From assembly GCA_036785375.1 (NCBI GenBank), contig JAWMAR010000247.1, positions 1,488,001 to 1,552,000 of the forward strand: a stretch of DNA of 64,000 nucleotides. The letters are read 5' to 3'. This DNA comes from Leucoraja ocellata. Its lineage: Eukaryota. Within the stretch, counting starts at the first letter, position 1. The number at the start of each line of letters is the position of its first letter. The notes under the pieces were generated by a model. The model saw nothing but the letters and a program-made list of their open reading frames with translations, searched no databases and was not told where the DNA came from. Positions 26,757 to 38,065 of the stretch are shown here, one piece after another. The position numbers and the translations under genes were made by a program.

Positions 26757-26985
26757 AAATGCTGGAGAAACTCAACGAGTGAGGCAACATCTATGGAGCA
26801 AAGGAAATAGGCAACATTTCGGGTCGAGACCCTTCCTCAGGCTGAATTTGAATCAGACGAGTCTGAGGAAGGGTCTCGACCTGAAACATCTCCTATTTCC
26901 TTCGCTCCATAAATGCTGCCTCACCTGCTGCGTTTCTCCAGCATTTTGGTCTAGCTTTGATTTTCAAGCATCTGCAGTTCCTTCT
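26757..26985. repeat. Head-to-head inverted pair of Penelope pLTR fragments
   Basis: ~85 bp arms around a ~20 bp spacer; hammerhead motifs at 26813-26840 (-) and 26863-26890 (+). Confidence 0.85.
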
Positions 26986-27775
26986 TAAAAATTATTAGTA
27001 TGGAACAACATGAATCAATCCCAACAGATGATAAATATTTATTACAAAAAATGGACAATACAGTCAACGCTTGGTGTCTCCAAATGCATTGATAGTTTAT
27101 TTATCGAATTGATGGCTGTGAGGTCTGGAATTTAAGTGTGATCGTGTTGATGAGGAATTGTGAACAGATTCAGACACATAATGCAGCAGGCCTTTTTATG
27201 GCATGAACCCCTTCCAACAATTATCTAGCCATGGCTACAGGCTGAAGAGGTTATCAAAATGACTACACTGAACAAGACAGTAGTTTAAATAAAATAAAGC
27301 TAACAGCTGATAGTGAACTTTCAAATGCAATAAAAACACAAAAAACAGTAAAGCATTTCAGGCAGTGTCTGTGGAAAGAGAGTTAACGTTTCATGTCTAG
27401 GACTCGTTATCTGGGCTCGGCAGTTAGTTGATTGGTGGAAGATACTGTTTGATTATTTAAGCATTTGGGCAATTTATCCAGCAGGATGCCAACAGAACTT
27501 ACCTGCATCCTGTTCGACTAATGATAGACACAAAAATCTGGAGTAACTCAGCGGGACAGGCAGCATCTCTGGAGAGAAGGAATGGGTGATGTTTCGGGTC
27601 GAGACCCTTCTTATTTGTTCAACTAATGTTACACAATTAACATCTTAACAAAATGTAGTAAGATTATATTTTAAAATATCATACTTTATAAATCACCTGG
27701 AACAATTAGAAACTAATTTTGGGGGATTTTATAGGGATTGATCCTTTTGCAGTATATTTAATTCAGCTTATCAAA

Positions 27776-28527
27776 GAAACATAGAAACATAGAAAATAGG
27801 TGCAGGAGTAGGCCATTCGGCCCTTCGAGCCTGCACGGCCATTCAATATGATCATGGCTGATCATCCAACTCAGTATCCTGTACCTGCCTTCTCTCCATA
27901 CCCCCTGATCCCTTTAGCCACAAGGGCCACATCTACCTCCCTCTTAAATATAGCCAATGAACTGGCCTCAACTACATTCTGTGCCAGAGAATTCCAGAGA
28001 TTCACCACTCTCTGTGTGAAAAATGGTTTTCTCATCTCGGTCCTAAAAGATTTCCCCTTTATCCTTAAACTGTGACCCCTTGTTCTGGACTTCCTCAACA
28101 TCGGGAACATTCTTCCTGCATCTAGCCTGTCCAACCTCTTAAGAATTTTGTAAGTTTCTATAAGATCCCCCCTCAATCTTCTAAATTCTAGCGAGTACAA
28201 GCCGGGTCTATCCAGTCTTTCTTCATATGAAAGTCCTGACATCACAGGAATCAGTCTGGTGAACCTTCTCTGTACTCCCTCTATGGCAAGAATGTCCTTC
28301 CTCAGATTAGGAGACCAAAACTGTACGCAATACTCCAGGTGTGGTCTCACCAAGACCCTGTACAACTGCAGTAGAACCTTCCTGCTCCTATACTCAAATC
28401 CTTTTGCTATGAGTGCTAACATACCATTTGCTTTATTCACTGCCTGCTTCACCTGCATGCCTACTTTCAATGATTGGTGTACCATGACACCCAGGTCTCG
28501 TTGCATCTCCCCTTTCCCTAACTTAAC
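27776..28527 (-). mobile_element. CR1 LINE 3' fragment
   Basis: ORF 27871..28563 is close to the C-terminus of the 5062..6306 ORF; same tail. Confidence 0.95.
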
Positions 28528-29077
28528 ATAAAGATTTATGTTAAGTTTTTCAGGATATTGCAAAATGTATCACAGCCGGTTAATAGTTTTGTTCAGTTTG
28601 AAAATGCATTTATTTTGTAGATGTAAGACTTATTAATAGATATTTTGCTTCCATGAAGGCCCAGAATGGCAGAAAGGCTAAATGCTATTGATTAGACGAC
28701 CACTTTCCTTCATAGAAATTGATCTTTTCCCCAGTTCAAATTGGCAGTTGCCAATAGTGAAGAAGAGTAGATGGGGTGTGGGAGATTGGAACTGGCCCGA
28801 GATGTATAAATCAGGGACATGCAGCAGAATCAAGCTGTAGAAGGATAGGTAATTCGTAATCGCTGCTTCTCTTTCCAATAAGGGTCAATCAGGGTAAAAT
28901 GCAACCACCAGCTAATTAATGAGCGCAGTTTGGAGGAAAATTGAATTTTAGAAAATCATTTAATCCAACAGCTTAATGTGATCAGCAAACTGGAAATGAT
29001 TTTTAAATAATATCTGACAAAATTCTTAACATGAACTTCCATATCCACCAACAATCAGGATTAAAAGTTCTCCCTAC

Positions 29078-29139
29078 CTTTTAAACTGTTTGAGAAATAT
29101 TCCCACATTCATGCTTCTTCTGGAATCCAGTAGATAAAC
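29078..29139 (-). CDS. FHDC1: FHDC1-like coding exon 2 (62 bp)
   Basis: ttttctttgtag|VYLLDSRRSMNVGIFLKQFK(R)|gtaggg; FH2 LLD..R..N.GI.LK motif; phase 0 to 2. Confidence 0.93.
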
Positions 29140-29186
29140 CTACAAAGAAAACAGAGAAATTTGGTAGGATAATATGAGAAGGGATA

Positions 29187-31392
29187 TAGGGTGTGAGGCG
29201 AGGAGCTTTTTCGTACAAGTTTGTGACCTAAATCACAGAACTACCTGAATTTTTAACATTTTGTGTAAAAATATTATATAAATCATACCTGAAACTCGTC
29301 AAGAAAAAAACGTGAGAAAAGCTTCCAATTTTCCGAGTAGTAATTGTCCAATTAATGCACGTTTGACATTGAGGTCGGACGCAAGTTTTATGGTCGCTAG
29401 GCAGCGAGGACCCTGGGATCATGGCTGCCTCTTCATTACATCAATAGCAATAGCAAGGTTTCCAAGGAATAAAGGAAATGCTAACCTTGTTGATAATTTT
29501 GTATTTCAATTGATTTATCTTTATAAAGTTATGATGTGAACTGTTGAATAAAAATGATAAATAACAAATGTAGAGCCTGGGTTAGGGTTAGGGTCAGGGT
29601 TAGGGTTAGGATCAGGGTCAGGGCCAGGGTTAGGGTCAGGGTCAGTCGGTCGGTAGGTCAGTCTGTCGGTCGGGCTTGTCGGTAGGCCGATCGATGCTGT
29701 GGAGGATCGGTCGGGCTATCGGGCTGTCCGGCTGCCGGTGGGTGGTGAGAGTGATCGACCAGGCCGGGCCGCCGGTGGATGGTGAGAGTGGCCGGTCCGC
29801 TGGTGGGTGCTGCGAGTGGTCGGACGGCTGATGTGTGCTGCGAGGGATTGGTCGGGCTGTCGGTAGGCCCGTGTTGCAGCGAGCGGTCTGGTGGAGCCGG
29901 CGCTATGGTGGTGCTGAAGGCGGCCAGGGCGGCGTGCAGGGCAGTGCTGCTCACAATATCTAGTATCTTTGATCATCGCCTGCAAAGTGTACAGGTGAGT
30001 GAGAGGAGACCCGCTGCTCGTTCCGCTCGGGGGCCTGGGGATAGAGTTGGGGGCGGAGCGGGGGTTGGAGGTGAGGTTGGGACAGGGTGATGCAGTTGCC
30101 TTGTGGTCTTCTCCGGAGCACCCCTGGTTCGGGAGCAGGAGGGGTGCAGTACGGAGAGGAGCCGCCTGGGCTGCGGCTCAGTGGGAGACTCCCGCCGGAG
30201 GGTCATGCTCCCCTGGTGCCGGTGTCTCCACACCTCTTGTGTTTACGTATCCAGCTTCTCCTCTGAAATGAACTGCACTGCACCCAGATCCCCATGAGGG
30301 CGAGGGGCCAGGGTTGACATCTACCCTGAAGATAGACACAAAATGCTTGCTTCTAACAGTCGCTAGACTCGTTACTCCAGCATTTTGTGTCTATCTTCAG
30401 GGTAGAATGTCAGAGATGTTGCCTGACCCGCCGAGTTACCCCAGCATTTTGTGTGTATATCTTCGGTGTAAACCAGCATCTGCAGTTCCTTCTTACACAC
30501 TTGATATCTACCCTGTAACTCCCAGTGATGTCACCGCTCATTCTCCTAAACTTGAGACAGTTCAGGCTGGAGTTAGTCTGTTGCTGCAGGAATCAATGTG
30601 AAAAACCTTCCCTGCACTTCCTCATTCACAACCATATGTGTTCTTGGACCCATTCCTGTTGTGGTCTAGTATCTTTGATGCTGCTCACCACCATCATCAC
30701 CACGATGATCGAGAAGGGCATGCTGGCCTAGGTGGATGCGCTGCGAGGCCACACGTACGGAGCCCGGAGCCGGTCCCAGAGCGGCTCCAGCAGTGGGCAA
30801 CTCTGGAAGGAGAGCGAGTAAGGCATTTTCCTGTCAGTGGAAGATGCCTTAGCCTTCCCCCACCCTGGCACTGCCCCAGTCCCACTATGGCCGTGACCCC
30901 TACTCTGCACACTGGCAGTCAGTGGGGTTCAGTAAACGAGGGAACCCACAGGAACTGCCCTCACCCATTAATTAGGCTGTTTCAGGAGCCGGACCTCTGC
31001 GGCAGTCTCATTCAAAAAACACACTCACAATTATATTCATTATATTATTTTTATATAATATAATTATACATAATTATATATGATTACAGTCATATACACT
31101 TCATATATATATATATATGGTATAATAGTATATGGTTTAAATAGGCTGCAACATGGAAATAGGCTCCCCATGGTGTAATATGGGCATAGGAAACTAGATG
31201 GTGCTTACTTTTTCGATCTCATTTTCTAATTAGTTTAATTAATTAATGTGCAACTTTTGGCACTGACGAGTTATGACTTCCTTCTCAACTATATTTTATC
31301 TAAATCTGTGCAAAATTTCATGTAGTTCCGAGACATGGGTCACGAAAGTTGATTTCTAGAAAGTTGATTTTTGATGCTCGGCCCACAGCCTA
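29187..31392. mobile_element. Putative non-autonomous DNA transposon carrying telomere-like repeats
   Basis: Imperfect 16-bp inverted ends TAGGGTGTGAGGCGAG / CTCGGCCCACAGCCTA (13/16); superfamily unresolved. Confidence 0.5.
29579..29645 (+). repeat. Interstitial telomere-like array (TTAGGG/TCAGGG variants)
   Basis: gggttagggttagggtcagggttagggttaggatcagggtcagggccagggttagggtcagggtcag. Confidence 0.9.
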
Positions 31393-31504
31393 ATAATCAG
31401 ATAGATTTGTGCGAATGGGAAATAGTTAAACAGGGCAGAAGAGAAGAAAGCGAGAAATAAAGTTGCATTTCATTGCGTTCAATAGGATTTTGCTTCATGC
31501 AATA

Positions 31505-32513
31505 TCTTCTATATTACTAAAAGTCTGTTCTTGACTGGTTTTGGCGATCTGTGCTGCGATTTCCGAGAGAACGCCATCACCTACGGCCGTCATTTTTGGC
31601 CACCTCGCCGCATGTGTGCCGAGGATTTTTCCAGTCGATGAAAAATGACAGAGATATTAATGATTTTACAAAATTCCTCATTCTCTCTGCTGCCCCCGCT
31701 GGCGGCAGGGGGGGATGGGCTATAAAACCAGGAAGTGGTGTGCCTCAATTAGTCTGCAAGCTGGAAGAAGGCAGGGGGGCACTTTTTACGTTTCTCTGAG
31801 CTGTGAATAACACTGAACACATGTCCACACAACTGTGAGTAAGTACCCTTAATGTGGTTTGAAAATGAAAATATGGTTAAAGTAAAAAAAGCACTGCCTG
31901 CATATGGTTGTTTGGGGGGTTTGGGTTGAAATAAAAAGGCACTCTCTCTCCCCCCTCTCCTCTCCCCTCCCCCACTGCCCCTCCCCTAAACCCCCCTCCC
32001 CTCCACACACCCCTACCCCCTTCCCTCCACTCTCCATGCTCCCCACCTCTCCCCCTCCCCTCACCTCTCCCCCTCCCCTCACCTGTCCCCCTCCCCTCAC
32101 CTCTCCCCCCCCCTCCTCCTCACTCTCACCCTCTCTCTCTCCTCCCCTCCACCCCTCCACCCCCACCTTTCCCCTCTCACCCACCCTCCCTCTTCTCCTC
32201 CTCGCCACCCCCTCTCCCTCTTGCCCCTCTATCTGTGTTTCTGCCTCTTCTCTCTCTGCCCTCACTCTCTACCACCCCCCCCCCCCCCCTCTAGATGTGA
32301 CTGCAAGTTGGGGGCTATGCGTCAGTAGATAGGGTGGTTATGGGGTAAAAGGAGCAAATTAATAATATTAGTATAATATCAAGGGGGTAATTAGCGTGAG
32401 TGCGGGGGGGGGGGGATAGTTAGTGTGTGTGACGCTGCATGCCGCCCCCCCCCCCCCCCCCCCCACAACCGCAAGTTGAGGGAACAGACCCAACGGGTCT
32501 GCACTTGGTCTAG
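31505..32513 (+). mobile_element. Non-autonomous Helitron
   Basis: A|TC...TATATTACTAAAA 5' end; subterminal hairpin AGACCC-AAC-GGGTCT (32486-32500); 3' CTAG|T; pyrimidine-rich interior. Confidence 0.85.
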
Positions 32514-33882
32514 TAGTTGCTGTATTTGCTTACAAAAGTGACCACACTTCAAAAGCAATTCTTTGGTACTTAAATACTTTGGGACATTCTAAGTATGCAA
32601 AAGGTACAGTTTGAATATACTTGCTAATAACATGGTATTTATTTTTGAAACAAAGTTGACTTTAACAGGCTGTCTAAATTTTGTAACACCCAACCCTGAG
32701 GGAATATATTCTTCACCAGATGCTCTTGAGGAACACCCATGGCCTAGCTGAAGAAAATAAACTATTGCAGATGCTGGAAACCTGAAATAGTAACAATGTT
32801 GCTGAAACGAGAAACAGAATTCACGATTCATGTCGGAGACACCTCCATAGAACGGGGAATGAGTGAGAGAGGGATTCATAGAATCAGAATCAAAGAGAGA
32901 CAATGAACAGTCTGCAGAGGTCATAAATCAGCTATTTACTCCCTGCATTCTTTGGAAGAGGTTTGGAAGAGGTGCAGAATTACTGCTTCACTGTTTAAGT
33001 ATCTGGAACTGATTTGGCACCTCCTGAGCTGGCATGTGAAGTGGAGATGGAATAGTGAACCAGGGAATCACAAAAAAATTGACCCCATTAGAATGCTGAA
33101 AGGGGAGGGGATGGTTAAATGTGTCTGTCAGTGTAATCTCGTTGAAGAGAAAAACTTTGAAGAATGATCTGCCAAATACGCTCGGGGCTTTGAAGGTGAA
33201 GACCATGGAACTCAACCCTTTGTGAGAAGCCTGTGTATACTTTGATGCACTGTGAACAATTCGATGAGATTTGCTGGTAATCATTTTAAAACAATAGTAA
33301 ATCTTGTTTTATATTTTTTGTGATATCTTCTGTATTGGTAAATATTTTTCATGGAGCACGTGCTAGTTTTAAACAATGCCTACAGCACCATGCATGGAGG
33401 AACTGGTAATTTATGTATGCCCATTACCACAGAAGTTATGCCTTAGGTCTTTCTCCATGATCTTACAGTAAAGAAGATAGCATTGGAGGAAGGGGAATGG
33501 GAGGATGTTCCAGTGGGATGGAGAGTGGAATGTTGGAGCATACAAGGGAGATGAGCAGTGAGCCTGGTTAGAAAATTGGACTGTGATGTGGAGGTGATTA
33601 GGGAGTGTGGAGTAGAAGCAGTTCCTCATGTCAAATGTCACCTTCGTTCAAATGATAGCACGGTCCTTCCAAAGTCAACAGTTTTATGGGTTCAATATGA
33701 TTGTGAGCTATGGTTAAACATTAATCTGTAGATTCCAACACCTAAACAAAGGCATCTTAATTGAAATATAGGAAAAACAGTCCGGAACAGAAAGTAAGAA
33801 TGAGTGTCACCCTCTTATGGTAGACAAAAATGCTGGAGAAACTCAGCGGGTGAGGCAGCATCTATGGAGCGAAGGAATAGGT

Positions 33883-33910
33883 GACGTTTCGGGTCGAGAC
33901 CCTTCTTCAG
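33883..33910 (-). ncRNA. Minimal hammerhead motif in Penelope 3' fragment (33820-34145), sense to the formin pre-mRNA
   Basis: Reverse complement CTGAAGAAGGGTCTCGACCCGAAACGTC, identical to the 60429 copy. Confidence 0.7.
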
Positions 33911-34527
33911 ACTGATGTGGGGGTGGGGGAGGGGGAAGAAAGGAAGAGGTGGAGACAGTGGGCTGTGGGAGAGCTGGGAAAGAGAGGGAAAGGAGGGAGA
34001 AAGCAAGAGAAGTCAATGTTCATACCACTGGGGTGTAAACTATGAAAAATATGAGGTGCTGCTCCTCCAATTTGCATTGGAACTCACTCTGGCTATGGAG
34101 GAGGCCCAGGACAGAAAGGTCGGATACGGAATGGGAGGGGGAGTTGTTTCCCTGCTTGGTTTTCCTTTCTAATTTCTTGAACAAAATGCAAATTGAAATC
34201 AAATCTCGAGATTACAATTCTCACAAATCAATTTAATTAAGAGGAACTACCCATGAGTGGGACTGATATGATGTTTGGAGAAGAGACACCATAGGAAATT
34301 AGAATGTCATTAAGAAAATCGGGCTATTAGGGTAAGGGTCAGTGATAAGGATTGGGGTGGGTGATAATGAAAGGAGTGGCGATCACTCCAGATGTGAAGA
34401 GAAAACAGAAACGTGTGTTGAGGGAAATCGATACATTCTTGAAGAATTTTATGTTAGTCCCCCTAATACAGCACAGGTAGGGATGCATCCTCTCGGAAAC
34501 TGAGGGGAGGTCCTTGGCCCTCTGCTT

Positions 34528-34719
34528 CTTCTTCTTTCGTGTCCATCTTCCATGTTTCACATGTTGACAACTGTCATCGTCCATCCTGAAAAGGACGCAA
34601 GCTTCCGGCGACAATCAGTGGGAGCCATCACTTGTTGCAATAGATGATGGTGGTAGCAGAATTAGCTCGGGATACTTCCAGTTTCCTGCCCGGCGACGTG
34701 GGCGCTTCTGCTATGGGGC
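34528..34719 (-). mobile_element. Non-autonomous ~190 bp retroelement with (GAA)n tail
   Basis: 13-bp TSD TGGCCCTCTGCTT at 34515-34527 and 34720-34732; 3' end GACACGAAAGAAGAAG. Confidence 0.85.
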
Positions 34720-34721
34720 TG
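34654..34721 (-). ncRNA. HDV-like ribozyme motif (Ingi/L1Tc Pr77-type P1)
   Basis: P2 TAGCAGAA/TTCTGCTA (8 bp), P3 GCG/CGC, L3 CCCACGT, P4 GGA-AGTA-TCC, J4/2 GCTAA; P1 CAGCCCC/CGGGCAG pairs 5 of 7. Confidence 0.65.
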
Positions 34722-35559
34722 GCCCTCTGCTTATGTCTTACTTCCACTGTTGAAACCTCCATTGTTTGTCAATCAAGCAGAATGCTCAATTTACATCATT
34801 GGGAGGATATGTGCAGTTAAAATGTTATGCCAGTGAGGTCAATTGTGTTTTCTACACCAAATGATAATATTGCACAAGTGCAACTGGCCTCTTGGGTACG
34901 TGCATCATATGTCATAGGACCACACTCCAATTTCCTGAAGCACACTGTATGAAGACAAAGAACCCAATTGCATTTAACTTGCCAGTAAAAGGTTCTGGTT
35001 AATGACTTTCTCCCAAGGCAATGATTCATATTACTGCTCTCTTATTATCGAACTTCATGAGTTTGTTTTTTACAGCTGGTGGCAATTCAAAAATTATCTA
35101 TTGCGTTATTATTGACATTAGTGAATGTAAAGCAAACAGATTTCATTTCACAAGGGGTTGGCTTATTTAATTTTGTTCCTGTTTCTAACCTATGATGGAC
35201 ACAATGATATTTTTTGTATAGTCATGTAGTTCTGGCATTGCACTTGATATTTGGGAAATAAATCAGGTAGAAGTGACTGTTGGCAGAAGGCGCCTTTATC
35301 TCCAAATAGTATGTATGTATAAATGTCAGATTTAATGAGGGTCAAAGTTCTTGTTCCATTAACTCCACCTGCTTCTGATATGAATCATCTAATTTAGAAT
35401 ATAGGGGCAAGTTGCCTTCACTACATGTCAAAAATAGTAAGTGACTTAACTCTCGGCCAGTGAATATTCACCACATTGTCTGAAACATTAGCCTTAAATG
35501 AAGCAGTAAGGATTTTTTCCTGCTATGCAACTACACAATGATTCAACAGGTTGATTCCG

Positions 35560-35761
35560 CATGGTGGCGCAACGGTAGAGTTGCTGCCTTACAGCACTTG
35601 CAGCGCAAAAGACCCGGGTTCGATCCTGACTACAGGTTAATTGGCTTGGTATAAATGTAATTTGTCCCTAGTGTATGTAGGATAGTGTTGGTGTGTGGGG
35701 ATTGCTGGTTGGTGCAGACTCGGTGGGCTGTTTCCGCGCTGTATCTCTAAACTAAACTAAA
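35560..35761 (+). mobile_element. tRNA-derived SINE (V-SINE-like), internally deleted
   Basis: A box TGGCGCAACGG (35565-35575), B box GTTCGATCC (35618-35626), tail ctctaaactaaactaaa. Confidence 0.85.
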
Positions 35762-36794
35762 GATGTGTTTCTACAGGTATAACTTACGGGTGCAAAACCC
35801 ATGGTCTTTATCTCTCGTTTCTGACTGACTCTGGGGGGATCACTATGGCATTTCATACAAAGGGATCAGATCAAGCGCAAGATCTACCCTAAAGCCTTTC
35901 ATTTAAGGCCACCCTTGCTCAGTCTGTTTGACCAGGCTACTTTCTCAGAGATTACGGAGATACTCTGTCAAAGAATTGAATTTTTTTATGATGACATAGA
36001 GAAGAAACGATTTCAAATTGCAAAGTACCACCCAGTCAATCTTTAAATATAAAATGTTTGAGTTCATATTTGAAAATGTTTTTGCAGTGTGTCTACAAAT
36101 TTGTAATGCTATCTCTGTGCCAACTTGTGATGCCTATCTAAGCAGGTCTGACCTGCTATTGAGCAATTATTTGATGAACAATTAAATCTCTCATCCCACC
36201 GTCCTCACAATGTCAGATAGATAATCTGGTGCATAAAATCAAACTGCTGGAGAAACTAAGACTGATGTCAATGCCTCAACGTCCGAAGGACCATGAGGAA
36301 ATTTGGCCCTCCAATGACTTACAGCAGATGCATCGTATAAAGTATACTATTGGTTGGCATCACAGCTTGGTTTGGGAACATCTCTGCCTAAAATGGTAAG
36401 AAATTGCAAAGAGTTGTAAATGTAACCCAGTCAATTACACAGAGTAGATTAGACTCTCCACCTTTGACTCGATCTACTCTTCACACTGCCTCAAGAAAGC
36501 AGCCAACATAATCAAAGACTTGTTCCACACCAGTCATTCCTTCTTCTCCCTGCTCCGTTTGGGCAGAAGGTACAGAAGCTTGAAAGGGCGCAACACCAAA
36601 CTCAGGGACAGCTTCTTCCCCTTTTTAATCAGACTTCCATAAGCTAGGATATTATCCAATTCACTTCTAACTCACTGCAGACATTGTATTTTGTCTGTGG
36701 AAGAGAGAAGCTACAATGGTGAGAACTATATTCTTCACTCTGTATCTTCCCCTTTGCACGACCTATTGTACTAGAGTTCGGTTTGATTTTATTA

Positions 36795-37886
36795 CTAGAC
36801 CAAGTGGGGCCTGTTGGGTCCCATCCCCTCAACGAGCGGTTTGGGGGGGGGGGGGGGGCTATGGCATCACACACACACACTAGCCACCCCCCCCCCCCAC
36901 ACACACACACACACAACCCCCCCCTCTTGATATTATATTAATATTATTCATTTGCTTCTTTTCCCCCATCCCCCGCCCTATCCACTCACGCATTGCCCCC
37001 AACAGGCACGGTTAGAGAGGGAGAGGGAGGGGAGTAGAGAGGGAAGGGGAGGGAGGGGGAGGGGGTAGAGATTGAGGGGTAGGATGGGCGCACGGCGTCA
37101 CAGGGGAGGGCTGGTCCCTGAAAGCAATACTCCACCACTCACCCATTGGTCCCAATAATCACCACTCCCTAGACAGGGAGGTGAGGGGGGGTAGAGAGGG
37201 AGAGGGGGGGGCAGAGAGGGAGGGGGGGGGAAGAGAGGGAGAGGGGGCAGAAAGGGAGGAGGGGCCGAGAGGGAGGGGGTAAGCGAGGGGGAGGGGGTAG
37301 AGATGGAGGCAGTAGAGAGGGATGGGGAGGGGGAAGAGAGGGAGGGGTAGAGAGGGAGGGGGTAGAGAGGGAGGGGTAGATAGGGAGGGGGTAGAGAGGG
37401 AGGGGGAGGACAACTTGTTCTATTTGATCTTCTTTGATTGTGCACGCCAGGTTGATTGCATTCGTGGAAACACGTTAAGGTTGCAATCTCCCACCCCTGT
37501 CCCATTGTGATGTCATATGTAAATGAGATCAATTGTGATTGGACGTCTGTGAGATGGCACTGTGACATCATCGATGGAAAGTGCTGCAAGAGTCTCCCAC
37601 TGAAAAGCAGTTAATAATTTAAAATAAACGATTAAAACTTTAAAAAACGTTGTAAATATAGGTTGGAATGCGATGGGAAGATGTTTATCCCATCGAGGGG
37701 GAAATTGTGAGTAGCATATGTGAAAATGGGAAGGCTGAGGCCAAGCGTTTTGGAAGAAGATACAAATTAAGGTTAGAGATTAAAAGAAAGATTAGAGATT
37801 AAAAGAAAGCCAACACAACCCTGCAGACACATGGAAATTTGGAATGTTTAGAACAAAGGGAAGAGTTTTAGTAAAATATAAATAGA
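36795..37886 (-). mobile_element. Non-autonomous Helitron (related family)
   Basis: Minus strand A|TCTATTTATATTTTACTAAAAC 5' end; hairpin GGGACCCAACAGGCCCC; CACTTGGTCTAG|T 3' end shared with 32502-32514. Confidence 0.85.
37408..37497 (-). mobile_element. Damaged second copy of the 18.5 kb HDV-headed element, inside a Helitron
   Basis: Reverse complement GGGGTGGGAGATTGCAACCTTAACGTG...CACGAATGCAATCAACC...GATCAAATAGAACAAGTTGT matches 18482-18605, with P3'/P1' deleted and no tail. Confidence 0.85.
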
Positions 37887-37897
37887 TGATATTATCT

Positions 37898-38065
37898 TCT
37901 TCTTATCGAGTCCACACACAAGATTAGAAGTTGCTCAGCCAGAGCAGAACACACTGCCCTGCATCTGCATACAACGGTGTCTGTCTTACGCTTGTGCGTG
38001 GTGGTGGAAAGATTGGTGGAAACAGGGCCGCGACGTAAACGCTCTTTCCTTGACCGGTGTGGTAG
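37898..38065 (-). mobile_element. Non-autonomous ~170 bp retroelement with short (GAA)n tail
   Basis: 3' end GGACTCGATAAGAAGAAG; flanked by TATCT direct repeat (37893-37897, 38066-38070); interrupts a LINE 3' UTR. Confidence 0.7.
38006..38057 (-). ncRNA. Minimal HDV-like ribozyme motif
   Basis: P2 GGAAAGA/TCTTTCC (7 bp), P3 GCG/CGC, L3 TTTACGT, P1' GGCCCT pairing with GGTC, vestigial P4 TTTCCA, J4/2 CCAA. Confidence 0.65.

Noticed and set aside
29579-29645. True telomere or chromosome fusion site
   Set aside because: Only ~65 bp, degenerate, single orientation, and inside an intron of an intact gene.
31849-32332. Pro-rich and Gly/Glu-rich ORFs that look like an extra FH1 domain
   Set aside because: They are translations of the low-complexity Helitron interior and do not fit the exon chain.
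35560-35640. tRNA gene
   Set aside because: A and B boxes are present, but there is no complete cloverleaf and it runs into a SINE body and tail.
37098-37589. Pro/Ser/Leu-rich minus-strand ORF near exon 1
   Set aside because: Same cause: polypurine tract inside the second Helitron.
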